Part shown: in pieces, positions 1 to 11,221 of the stretch
Position numbering within the stretch: the stretch's first letter is position 1
How the letters are laid out: each line of letters starts with the position of its first letter
Assembly: GCF_027921745.1 (NCBI RefSeq)
Contig: NC_079240.1
Location: 434,001 to 498,000 of the forward strand
DNA length: 64,000 nucleotides
Reading direction: 5' to 3'
From: Schizosaccharomyces osmophilus
Taxonomy: Eukaryota
Notes under the pieces: generated by a model
Database searches by the model: none
Told to the model about the DNA's origin: nothing
The model's input: only the letters and a program-made list of their open reading frames with translations
Position numbers and translations under genes: made by a program

Positions 1-173
1 GAATCCAATCTACCATCAATAGCTTCTAAATCTTCATCACCTTCGTCAATCGTTTTAAATTGAGGTTCCTTTACTCCAAATGTAGTGTTGTTTGCACTTG
101 AAGGAGTATTCTGGGGTGTCGGCGCTGCCGACATTTTTCCAGACCGATTTTTAATATCCACTTTTTCCACCAT
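1..173 (-). CDS. nap1: Nucleosome assembly protein Nap1, N-terminal part; the gene runs off the left edge
   Basis: Hand translation from ATG at 173 gives [26 protein letters not shown]...LEAIDGRLD. The APTPxNTP motif is typical of fungal Nap1 N-termini, and the position next to vps3 fits recalled synteny. Confidence 0.7.
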   Translation of the reverse strand, partial: MVEKVDIKNRSGKMSAAPTPQNTPSSANNTTFGVKEPQFKTIDEGDEDLEAIDGRLD

Positions 174-617
174 TTTACAACTTAATTTTAAGTTCAAAAA
201 CCACTGCAGCTACAACTACAAGGGCGTTGTTGGCTAATGGAAAGAATCTATGCTGCCTTTCGCAGGAACTTAACGCATCTTTGAGGCACTTTGTTACTCA
301 GGTTCATTCTTAGATAATGTGTATTTACAATGCGTTTTGCAAATTAAATATATATAAAATAAAAGAAAGAATTCTATATAAATATTCCTCTTATTTCCTT
401 TTGTTTTTCGACTATTAATGTCGAAGGTTGTTGGTAGAGTTCATTCCTCATTAATTGTATTTGATAAAAAAAAAAAAAAAAAAAAAATAAATCATCATTA
501 TAACTGTTAACACATTGCTTGAGGTGAAAGATGTTGGCATAAATGTGCTTGTACCTCATTTTCCCCGTTCATACAATGAAATAGCTAAAGAACTATGTAC
601 AACAATATAGTGTTTCA

Positions 618-3574
618 TTAGAAATTGCTGTGATTTGGTGGCTTCTTCAATGTAACATTTCTTCGATTTACGGCCAAAAACAATGATTCTGTTTGCCTTG
701 ATACAGTTTTCACCAAAGCAGTCTTTACGTGAGATTCATGTAATCGCTGTGCATTCTTTCTTTGGAGGACACACAAATAGTCTGCAACGCAACTGAGATT
801 CCAATCATCTGGAATTGTGCTGGTCACGAACAAAAGTGAATAATATGACGCTCTGCGATGCAACAAATCTTGAACATAGACACTGCATGACGGTCCGGTG
901 GATATGCTTCTTTTTAAGAGAGTGTTCCAACAAGTAGAGTATACATCTTCAATTTTCTGACAGTACAATTCTGCGCCTTTATAATCATTCACGCATTCTA
1001 TTAAAACAGTCAATGCTTCCTCATACTTACCCTTCTTATGGCAAAACGTATGCTGTAGCTGAGGAAATAGACCGAGTCGTTTTGAAGAATTAGTTTGTAG
1101 AAAAAGTTCAAAATTATCAATTGCTTCCTCATCCAAGTTTTCCATCAAGCTAATAGAATACAAATAATAAAATGAGAGATGATTGTCGCAATCATTCATA
1201 TTACCAAACTGGGTAGCCACATACTGCGCAAATATCGGCCTTTCCAAACAAGGGAATCTTCGATAATCATCAATGAAAGCTTCTAATCGGCACCGATATT
1301 CTTCATGTCTCACAAAGCCATCTAGTAATTTATTCACGCAAAGCTCCAATATCAATTCTTGATGTGCTACTGAATTTGATTTGACCAAGTACTCAATTAA
1401 AACACTATCGTTTGATGTACTTAGATTAGTTAAGACATCGTCACCTGATATAGAACCACAACGCGTTTTGTCTAGCAAAAGTCCAGTTCCTTCGCCAGTG
1501 TTTTCAGAACATAACCAGTTCGCATACTTCCAAAAGAGAGAAAGATCAATATCTTTCATTAAACATACTCGCATTTTGGTAATCACATTTTGAGATCGCT
1601 CATCATGTATTTCCCCTAAAACCAGCTTTTTCCACAATTCTAACGTTTCAGAATCTTTATGCATTCCCATCAATAGTATTGCCAGCAAGTAATTTTCTTG
1701 TTTTTCAGAAAGTAAATGTCTAATGTCATCAGGGTTTGTCAGACCAGACTCTATGAGTTCTTCAGCATTTTTGGTTCCTTCTGCCACATCTTCCATGCTC
1801 AAATATAAATTCAATAATACATGATCCACAGCAAGAGCGATGTCACTTTTCGAAGAAATTAAATACTCGAATAAATTAACGTTTCGTTTATAGTTTTTCA
1901 AGTAGCGCATCAGCATAATGTATGCATTTTCCTTCGTGATCTCGATCATTTGTTTCTGAGTATATTCATCTGTCTCCCGAAAAAGATCATTTAAGGATAG
2001 CATAGAAACAATTGCTTGATTTACTGGAGAAAAAGTTGCAAGAAACTCTCGTATTCCTTGAAAAGTACTATAGGTAATGCGGTCATCATATACATCAGGA
2101 TATAAAGAGATTACTACTCTTGGATCAACCTTTGAGGTTTCAAGTAATGACAAAGAATTTTCATATTGTCCTTGTTTCCAGTATTGCAGAGCTGCCATTT
2201 GCTCCAAATATGTGTACTGTAAAATGGCCGCCTCATGGTCCATATGATACTTCTCAGGACTTTTTAAGCGTTTACTCATTCGACGGAGGGGAGCTTCAAT
2301 TTCTCCGGAAGTTATGCTCATTTCCAATCTCTCAAAATAAGATGATTCAGAGCCAAAACCCCATGTGTCTTTTGATGCAAACAAAATAACGGGCTTCAAT
2401 AAACAGCACTTCTCAATCATTGCGGAGGAAGATTCCTCTGACGGATTTTCGTATCTATAAGTAGTGAAGAGTTTTCTCAATATTTTTTCATCACAAAAGT
2501 AAGTATTGGCTGCAAAGGAAATGAGTGACAAGGCTTCCTCTTCGACATCAAAAGTGATGTTCTTAACTAATTGCAAAGTCTTGGCATCAATTATTTGTAA
2601 CATATTAGGGGCTAGAGCAAAGACATAATGAGAAGTAGCAACAATATCTTTAGGATAGAAAGAAAACGTTAGAGTGCTTTTAGTAACGTTACCATTGATG
2701 TCAACAAAAAGTCCAATGGCATCTTTCGGACTTCCTGTAATCAATAGAAATTCGTTATTTTGACTGACAATCATTGGCTTGTATGAGAGTTCGTGGTTTT
2801 CTGAATCATTTTTGATTATAGGAAAAAGAGGAATACTTTCGCTCGTAAGGATGTCTACAAGCTCGAAGGATTGATCTGTCACCAGGCAAACTATGTTTCC
2901 AAGAACTGTTGCCGTTTGTACATTAGGATATTTCAGTTCCTGAAATGGTCAGTAGAAGAAACCCAAACAAAATGAAGACGTACGTTACGAAGGAATAATG
3001 TGCCATCTTTTTGCAATGACAAAAGTCGAAGGTGAGTGTTTGTAATAACAAGGTAAGTAGACTTTTCTTCAATGCAGTGCCCCCCGTAACAAATTTCAAC
3101 AACGCGGTCGAGAGAAGAGGATGGGTGGATCAATTCAAGATTCGTAGCATGGCAAAGAAATGCTCGATCATCTAATTATGGTACGTCAGTACTTATGCAT
3201 ACTTATTCTATGTTATTTACCTTGATGAACAAGGATAGCATCAAGAAAAGGAATGCAAAATATTCGCTTGACCGGCGATTTTGAAGCTAAAGCTGCAGAT
3301 TTTATAAACACGCAAGGGTTCTTGATCTAACAACTCATGAATTAACATAAAATCTCTGCAACGCCTACCAAAACTAACCTTGAGCTCAGAATACTCGTAA
3401 ACAAAAATCGTTCCTTGCTTTGTACCGAAATAAGCGTGATTAGCTAAGCAAGTTAGCTTCTGGGAATCTTTATCCTAGGACCATCTTCAGGACCATACCG
3501 TGTAAAGCTATAGTAGATATTTGATTTTTCAACTCACTATCAAGCTCGTAACTACTAAGATATATATCCGACAT
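618..3574 (-). CDS. vps3: CORVET subunit Vps3 (CNH / Vps39-like), 5 exons
   Basis: 754-aa ORF 618..2882 plus four hand-traced upstream exons from ATG 3574 (MSDIYLSSYELD). Introns lie at about 3498-3444, 3378-3327, 3230-3172 and 2983-2940, all GT..AG and keeping frame. GLFVDING and VDPRVVISLYP are Vps39/TGFBRAP1-like segments. Confidence 0.8.
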
Positions 3575-4146
3575 TAGTCTTTAGCCACATGAAATAAAAG
3601 GCTCAGCAATGTTCCACAAACTAGAGAAGAATTGTCGTTTTCCTAAAGAATTATGAGTCGTAAACTTCAACGATACAGCATATTCCAGTGGGTAGCATTG
3701 ATGTTTCGACAGTTCCCAACGTAGTACTATAGTAAACAAAAGTGGTGAATTAGAATCTGCTTGTCACTTTAAAGACCCTTTTTCAGCTTTAGTTAGTAAT
3801 AGAATTCAGCAAACTTAGTCGTAAAAAAACTATGGAAAAGTCCAAGTCGAATCATGTTCATTGGATTGATTTTGACCTTTTGGCAAATCATTGCACGATG
3901 CATCCATTATGCGCGACCTAATCGGCCTAATCCCGTTTATAACAAGTTTTTTTTTTTCATTTAATAAAATCAGAATAAACGAGTAAGACAAACAGAATAT
4001 AAACTCTGATGCATTTTCGAATTACCAACGTAAACTTCCCTTATAGAGCGCTACAGAATACTTCACTATTTTCAAAACTGGTAGTTACGCGGTGTACAAA
4101 CAGTAACTACTAATCCATATTTATCTTGGATGTAAAGACGGCCAAG

Positions 4147-6161
4147 ATGGCTGTTGTATCAGATGCAGTACTTCAAAGGTTACTCGATGTTTGGAAAGGC
4201 ATGTGATTAATAATTATCTTGTATGGAAGACTAACCATAATACCAGATTCCCGATTCGAGGAACTACAGAAAGAATCAGATTTAGCAGCAGAAGAAGTGG
4301 AAAAGACACGAAAGGTTTCGTTAGAAGAAAGAAAAGATTTAGCTTCAAAAACTAAAGGTATAGACTCAAGTCCATTTCATGATTCAACTGTACGCTCACA
4401 CTGCATTGCTTTTCAACAGAATTCAAAAAACAACCAGACGATGTGAAATTGACTGAAATAAAGTCCCTTTTGAAACTCTACCAAGGAGGAATTGACTCCC
4501 TCACAAAGCGTGCAAAATATGCAGAATCTATTTTTCTTCATATGTACGAATCTTTAGGCGAGTTTCCAGATCCCTATCCTTTATTGGAGCAGGCAGCGGA
4601 GATTGATCAAATCAAGCAAGAACTGGAATTGAAAGAGAAAGAAGAAAGGACCCTGAGAGAAGAATTAAAGCAGAAGGAGTCATTGTCGAGTGAGGTTCGA
4701 AATCTGCACCAAGATTTACAAAAAACAAAGAGTTCTGTTGATGCAGAGGTACAAAAAAGAGTCACAAAATCCGCTCAGGAATGTGAAAGAAAGTTTTCCG
4801 AAAAAGAGAAGCTCTACAAAGATTCTGAACAAGAGAATGCCGAGAGAATTAACCAACTCAACAAAAAAGTCCGTGATTTACAAGCTACACAAATCGATCA
4901 TGCTCTGCAGTTCGGACAGTTAGAAGCCCCAACGGAAGAGACTATCACCAAAAGCTCGGAATATCAAAGTCTCCTGAATGAACTTGATGAAGCAAATAGG
5001 TCAATTGGCTCTTTAGTGAGCGAAAATGAAAGGTTAAAACAGAATTCTCATGAACCGAAGCTCGAAAATGAAAATACCGATAGTAAAATGAAGGAACATC
5101 TTGATTTTATGGAATCAAGAAATCGCAGTTTAACCGCTGAGCTTGAACAGATTCGCCAATCCTCCCAGACCGAGGCAGAGACTTTCCAAAGAACGCACTT
5201 GGATCTTATGAAGCAAATTGAAGAGAAGCAGAAAACCATCCGAAGCCAGCTTGAAACTCTAAAAAGCTATTCGGACTACGAGGAACTGAAAAGAGAACTT
5301 TCTGTATTAAAGCAAATTGAATTGAATGCTGACTCACATTCAAACGAGTCAACTTCGTTGGAAGCTCAGATCCTTAAACGTGAAAAGAAACTTTCTAACG
5401 AGCTTTCTAAGCTAAGAACCCAAGAAGCTTATTTACAGAAGAAGCTTACCGATGAAAAAACACACAGTGAGAACCTGGAGAAAGGTAATCGTGAGCAAAA
5501 AAATGCCTTACAGAAACTGGAACGTGAATTGGCTTCCTTAAGTGCTGAAGGGAGCACTTCTTATGCAAATAATGGTTATCGTGAATCAAGTGGTCGCCTT
5601 TCCCCTACTTCTTCCATTATCGGAGGCAGCCCTAGTATATTTGGGGGGAGCACTACGTCAAAAGTCACTGGCACAGAAAATAGTTCTACAATCATGGATG
5701 TTGTTAAGCAACAAAGAGATCGATTCCGACGTGCAAACGTTGATTTAGTTAATCAGATCAGTTCGAGTAACGAGAAGGCTGCTAATTTAGAGAGCAGACT
5801 GAGAGAAATGGAGAAAAGCAATGCACTTTTATACGAGCAGATGCGATTCCGTGAACAGTACCAAACCCATATGCAACAGAATCCATCTCAAATTGAAGCA
5901 GCTACTGCATACGAAAACAACATCTCTCCTTTTGCATCTTTCAGGAAGAGGGAATCTGAACGAGCATTTTCAAGAATGGGTTCATTTGAGCGTGTGTTAT
6001 ATGTACTTTTACGCACGGTTTTATTGAATAATGGCACCAGAGCTATATTTCTGACCTATCTAATAATTGTGCATTTGTTTATATTGGTCGTTCTTTTCAA
6101 ATTAGGCGTGTCTGTCAACAAACTACAAGCCTTACCAGAAGCAACATTAAAGTCCCAATGA
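4147..6161 (+). CDS. coy1: CASP-family Golgi coiled-coil membrane protein Coy1, 3 exons
   Basis: ATG 4147; introns 4199-4246 (GC-AG) and 4358-4419. LLKLYQGGIDSLTKRAKYAE, long coiled coil, QQRDRFR, YENNISPFASF and a C-terminal TM helix (YLIIVHLFIL) are CASP/Coy1 hallmarks. Confidence 0.88.
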
Positions 6162-6515
6162 TGATTCCCTAACGTCTTAATTCTACAGCATCGTCTTTTA
6201 TGAATTTTACATAATCTGAATTTTAAATGTATACTAATGAATCATTTAAAACAACGCTATATACGCCAAGAAAAATGCAATTCTACCGATTTTACTCGTG
6301 AATAAACAGATCCGAATGAATGCATATAATCAAGTTTAGATAAATTAAACAATTTGCTAGAAACTACGAACTCAGTTACATCTACAGACATATGACTGAA
6401 ATATACGACAAAAATCAAACCCATGAAAATACTTTCAACTTTACAGAACAAGTGAAACTACAACAACCGAATCCATTCGTTATTCAATAGCTCCGTTCCT
6501 TTCACTAAATCTAAT

Positions 6516-7079
6516 TTAAGCAGAGGTGATGGCCTTGCGAGCAGCCAAGTTACGAGCCTTAGCACCTTGTTTCAAAGAGACACGGGCAACCTTGTCTTGA
6601 GCCTTGGGTACAGCATCTTCTTCTTCTGTAAGAATGATTTCGATATGGCAAGGATGAGACAAGTAGGCAGTGACACGACCGTAGGCACGGTAGGTACGGC
6701 GGTGTTGCTTAGGAGCAGCATTGACCTGGATGTGCTTGATGGCCAACTTGTCCATGTCCAAACCCTTGGACTCAGCGTTAGCTTCGGCATTCTTTAACAG
6801 ATCAAGGACAACCTTGACAGACTTAACAGGCCAACGAGCTTGAGTAACACCGAATTCCTTTCCTTGAGCAGTACGACCGACACCACCGTTGAAGCGACGG
6901 AAGGGAACGGCTTGCTTGTGGTCAAGGACATTGTCAATAAAACCAAAAGCCTTCTTCAAGTTCATGCCATTAAGGGTGAAGGCAACTTCACGGGTGTTCT
7001 TGAAGTGAGTTCTCAAGTAGGAACCACGAGCCTTGGCGCACTTGGTCTCAGAAGCAGGAGCTGCAGAGTAGCGTGCCAT
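6516..7079 (-). CDS. rpl17: 60S ribosomal protein L17 (uL22), intronless
   Basis: [43 protein letters not shown]; strong codon bias; Homol D box upstream. Confidence 0.97.
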   Translation of the reverse strand: MARYSAAPASETKCAKARGSYLRTHFKNTREVAFTLNGMNLKKAFGFIDNVLDHKQAVPFRRFNGGVGRTAQGKEFGVTQARWPVKSVKVVLDLLKNAEANAESKGLDMDKLAIKHIQVNAAPKQHRRTYRAYGRVTAYLSHPCHIEIILTEEEDAVPKAQDKVARVSLKQGAKARNLAARKAITSA

Positions 7080-7155
7080 TTTTGTTTTTGGATTATTTTT
7101 TTAAAACTTGCGTTGTGGAAAGCTTGAAAATCTGACTAGCACCAAATTTTCGACG

Positions 7156-7163
7156 TGTGACTG
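7156..7163 (-). promoter_or_regulatory. Homol D box (CAGTCACA) upstream of rpl17
   Basis: Exact TGTGACTG on the + strand, about 77 nt upstream of the rpl17 ATG; known Schizosaccharomyces ribosomal-protein promoter element. Confidence 0.85.
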
Positions 7164-8160
7164 CTTTTTCTTTTCAAGGCAGTGGTGTACCATTTGATAT
7201 ATTATTGCTGCCCAAAGCGTGTTAGTAACACAAAGATTACTATATAGTATATGCAGCTTTTATTGCTTTTTTGCGTAATGAATGCGATTATGTTGAGACT
7301 TAATTGATACCGTGCTATGGAGTTCTGTTGAATGAAAGTGTTTTTTAGGTCCAATACGAGAACGTTTAAAAGTGACGAGGAAACAAAAGGATCAACTTCA
7401 TTGTACCTATGAGTAGTAGCAATAAGATCAAACGAGTTGAAAACTTCAATATAGGTCGAAAAACTAAAATTATCCAAGGCTATGATAGTACTCATTTGAG
7501 TTCGATAAGCAGGTCAGCAAACGAATTAACAATGTAACGAGGCTTCTAATGAAAACTGTAAAAAACATTGAATCTTCATGATGAAAAATATTATTCTGTA
7601 GCCTCGCCCAGTCGTTTGTATGTTGAATTCGAAATTTTTGAATCTCTTATAGAATAGCCTGTGCGTGCTGGCGAAGGCCGGGCTTGTCTGGGTTGAAAGT
7701 CTAAGGGACAGCAGACTTTTACAGACACTTCGCATTTGACGAATGCTGTTCCCTTATACCTTTCCTTTCCTTACCAATACGATTGGACGTGTAATGTAAA
7801 AATGGATGAGTGTAAAAGCCATTTAAATATTTATGAGTACTTAAAAGTGAAAAATGACAATAATCTTTAAAGAGAAATGATCCTTTAGATCACTGAAAAG
7901 CGTTTGGATCCCGCGATGAAAAACTAGAACTCATAATCCGCATCTCAATATACTGGCCGGTTGAACTACCTAACTTTGCTGTGTTTTGACAGATACTTTC
8001 GGTTGCTTTTCACATAATTACCATCCTTTCTTTTCTTTTCTTTTTTTTTCTTTTCTAAATCATAAAACAATTAAAGGTAAAACATAAAAGGTATTTTTCA
8101 AGCCATTTTGTTTGGCCCTCTATGGAAACATTTCTTTACCTTGTTAACTACAGCTAATTC

Positions 8161-9246
8161 ATGTCCTTGACAAAGTCAAGCAATGAAGGCTACCAAATAA
8201 TAAAAAAAGGAAATAAACAAAATCGGAGCGAAATAAAACCCATTGCTATTGAAGAAGATGACTATATTGAAGGGTTGAACTCTATAATTCAGAAAACCTA
8301 TTTTCCAGACCTTCCTCGCATGAAAGCTGATGTAGAAGGTTCTGGATATGGGTTTGAAAATGATGTTAATCAAGACAGAAACGATGCAGTTCATAAACAG
8401 GTGGCATTGCTCCCAAAAAATGATCATCTTGTGCAGAAGCTAAAGCATAATTCTCAAGACTTAACACTTGCTGATTACCAGACAAAGTTCACTTCTGAAG
8501 ACAATGCCTCCTTTTCTGAATTGTTTAATAATGAGAAAGATACCAGAAATGATTTGCTCCAAAAGCACTATGGTATGAAACTTGACGAAAAATTAATCGG
8601 TGCAGCTTCCTCGTCTACGACAAAATTACAGCCAAGAAATGCAATTGCATGGAAGGAAAGACCAAATGCCATTCATAGTTGGGATTCCAAGCAGAGGAAT
8701 TCGTTGACGTTTTATCCTCAAACCTCAGAACATTCTGCTGTAACTAAAGCAAGAAGTCAGCATCAAAAAATTATTAGTTCTTCCACCCGGCTTGATGACG
8801 AGTTTCTTAAAAAAGCCAACCAACCTAGCCTGGAACCTTTGCCAGAGCCGGCTATAAACAGACGTGAAGCCTCAATCAACGGATACCCATTAATTGGTTC
8901 AAATTATGGAGGTGCGTCTGGAAAGTCATCTACGAATTTCTATATTCCTGAAACTTCCCGCAGAGAAAAATTGCATGACAACCAACTACAGAATCTAAAG
9001 TCTCAAAGCAATATGCCTTCGACTTCTTTCTACTCCGGTGAACACACATCTGCAACTTCAACTAAGCTTCCGTCTAGATTGTCTACTTTGACACCAGCAG
9101 CTAGACGTTTGGTAGCGCAGTCATATCTAACAACTCCCAATAGGGAATCTCCACTGCGGCGTCGTCTAACGACTGCTTCAATTCCAAAGTTTTCTTGGAC
9201 ACCTACTCCTCGTACCAAAAATCCTGCTACGATTAAACGAGTTTAA
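8161..9246 (+). CDS. bis1: ESS2/DGCR14-family splicing-associated protein Bis1
   Basis: EEDDYIEGLNSIIQKTYFPDL, YQTKFTSEDNASFSEL, FYIPETSRREKL and LTPAARRL match Es2-family motifs. Confidence 0.85.
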   Translation: MSLTKSSNEGYQIIKKGNKQNRSEIKPIAIEEDDYIEGLNSIIQKTYFPDLPRMKADVEGSGYGFENDVNQDRNDAVHKQVALLPKNDHLVQKLKHNSQDLTLADYQTKFTSEDNASFSELFNNEKDTRNDLLQKHYGMKLDEKLIGAASSSTTKLQPRNAIAWKERPNAIHSWDSKQRNSLTFYPQTSEHSAVTKARSQHQKIISSSTRLDDEFLKKANQPSLEPLPEPAINRREASINGYPLIGSNYGGASGKSSTNFYIPETSRREKLHDNQLQNLKSQSNMPSTSFYSGEHTSATSTKLPSRLSTLTPAARRLVAQSYLTTPNRESPLRRRLTTASIPKFSWTPTPRTKNPATIKRV

Positions 9247-9472
9247 AAACAATATAATGAGCAAGTAATGAATTAATGGATGTATTTTGTGGTATAGGCA
9301 TTCCAAGTATGGTAAAGAGTAACGTAAATTGATTAATATACAACCGATTAGGTTGGATGGTAAAAATGGATCAAATACAATGAAGTTTTTATGTGTTCAA
9401 AATCAAAAATAAATACAATATTTTACCAAACTCTTGTTATTCCTTTATACACATAGTTAAACTAAAAAACAC

Positions 9473-10480
9473 TTACTCTTCTTTTTGAATTTCAACAGAC
9501 TGGTTTTGTGCTGATTCCCAAAGAGAAGAAAGCGCAAAAAGCCTCATTTCGTAAACAACCCCTGACTTTTTGAGAGAATACCATTGATGTAGGAGTGAAG
9601 ATCGAAGGACCAAAATCATTCCGTCGTGCAGACGAACAGAATGCTTGATAGCAGGGATATTTAAACAGACATCTTGTATATCACCAACAATAATAATGAC
9701 TGTAAGCCCGTATTTGACAGAAGAGTCAGACTCGGGGATGGAAACACCATTTTCAGCTCCAATTTGGCGAACAGAAAAATCAGGAAACGCGCCGAAACGG
9801 GGTTGTTGAGGAGCCATCTCCAATTTTAATAAGGATGCATGAAATTTAGGTGTATGTGCACTTAATATTCCACTTGCAAACCGAAACAAAGGGGAGCATC
9901 TTTGAATAAAATCACTATATGCAAGTGAACGAATGGTATCAGCCGATTTCACCAGTGACTTTCCGCGTTTGTCGTAATCCGTTCCAAAGAGGTAGTAAGT
10001 TTGTTTTGGTTCTTGCTTCTGAGCAGAAAGAAACTGTTGAATAGTCCCGAACAAATCTTTAGTAAATGATGAACCAGCCGTTTCACCTAATGCATACAAC
10101 AATAAATTTCCGCGTTTATCTCCAAGTTGGTAACCAAACTTTTCCTGCTCTCTCGTTTGGCTTGGACAATCTGTTTCTTCTGTTTTCAGTTCTGAGATTT
10201 TTGGATCATTTTTCATCGATTTCGACAGAGATTTCAAGGACACGTTTTCTAAATTGATTCTCTTCTTTCGTTGCTCCTCAACAATTTCTTGAGTCTTTTG
10301 CAACTTCTGGGCCTTTAATTTTTCAGCTCGGGCTTCTTTCCTTTTCTTCTTGGGAGGCTCATTTTGCGCCTGTTCGTTGCTGACGACCTCATTTTCAATC
10401 TTTTTTTCCTGTCCGTTTTCTTCAGACTTCACAACTGTTAACTTTCTTGTTCCAAAACATCACTAATCTTTACTTACCAT
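9473..10480 (-). CDS. cif1: Calnexin-independence factor Cif1-like protein; predicted ATG-only first exon
   Basis: The 319-codon ORF starts at GTG. ATG|GTAAGT at 10480-10472 spliced to TCT at 10426 gives MSEENGQ. It has an NLS-like PPKKKRK. The name rests mainly on recalled synteny. Confidence 0.6.
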
Positions 10481-11221
10481 TATATGGGGTATATTGAGAT
10501 ATTGGTATGGAGGCTAACAAGCTACACTCAATGTGTAAGAATTCTCAGGTAAACCAACATTTTCTCAATGTACTATAAAGAATTGACAACAAGTAAGAGA
10601 ACGAATGATTAAATTTTTTTAGGAGCGTTTAATTATTTTCTCTACTTTTTCCTTGCATGCCAATACTATGTAACCAATACCTTGTCTTGCTATGGACTAC
10701 GAACCAAAAAGAACCCAAGTGTTTCGACTCTGAAAAAACATTTCCAGCGTCTACATTACTTTACAAAACTCATTAGGAAAAACACCCATTTTTACATATT
10801 TATAAAAATCATTTTAATTTACTTGATAATATGATCATAAAATACTGAATACTGCTGCGGAATGTGACTAGTACTTTGCGTTAAATGATTAGTGCATCTG
10901 TGTACCATATCCCAAAGATTCGCTAAATGCTCGAGACACAAGGTAACTGTTACACGTCCTCAGCCAAGTCGATGAAAACAGTTCTACGTGAATTGTTTGG
11001 GTTTTGTTAGGTTTAAATATTGGTTTTGCTGCAACTTTTAAAAAAGAATTATCCTTGTGATAATTGTACTGCGGTCGTTTCGAATTCGAGAAATATCAAA
11101 GCATAAAAATCATCGGTCTCTTTCATCCTTGTTCGCTCGTTACGAAGTTTGAAGTCTCGATTATTATTTTATTTTGTGTATATTATAGTCTGTGTTATAC
11201 TAATGCTCGTGCTGGTTGACA

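Noticed and set aside
374..559. 61-aa ORF with a poly-Phe run
   Set aside because: The Phe run is just the intergenic poly(A) tract read on the minus strand; there is no coding signal.
6567..7127. Plus-strand ORFs over rpl17
   Set aside because: Antisense shadows of a codon-biased gene.
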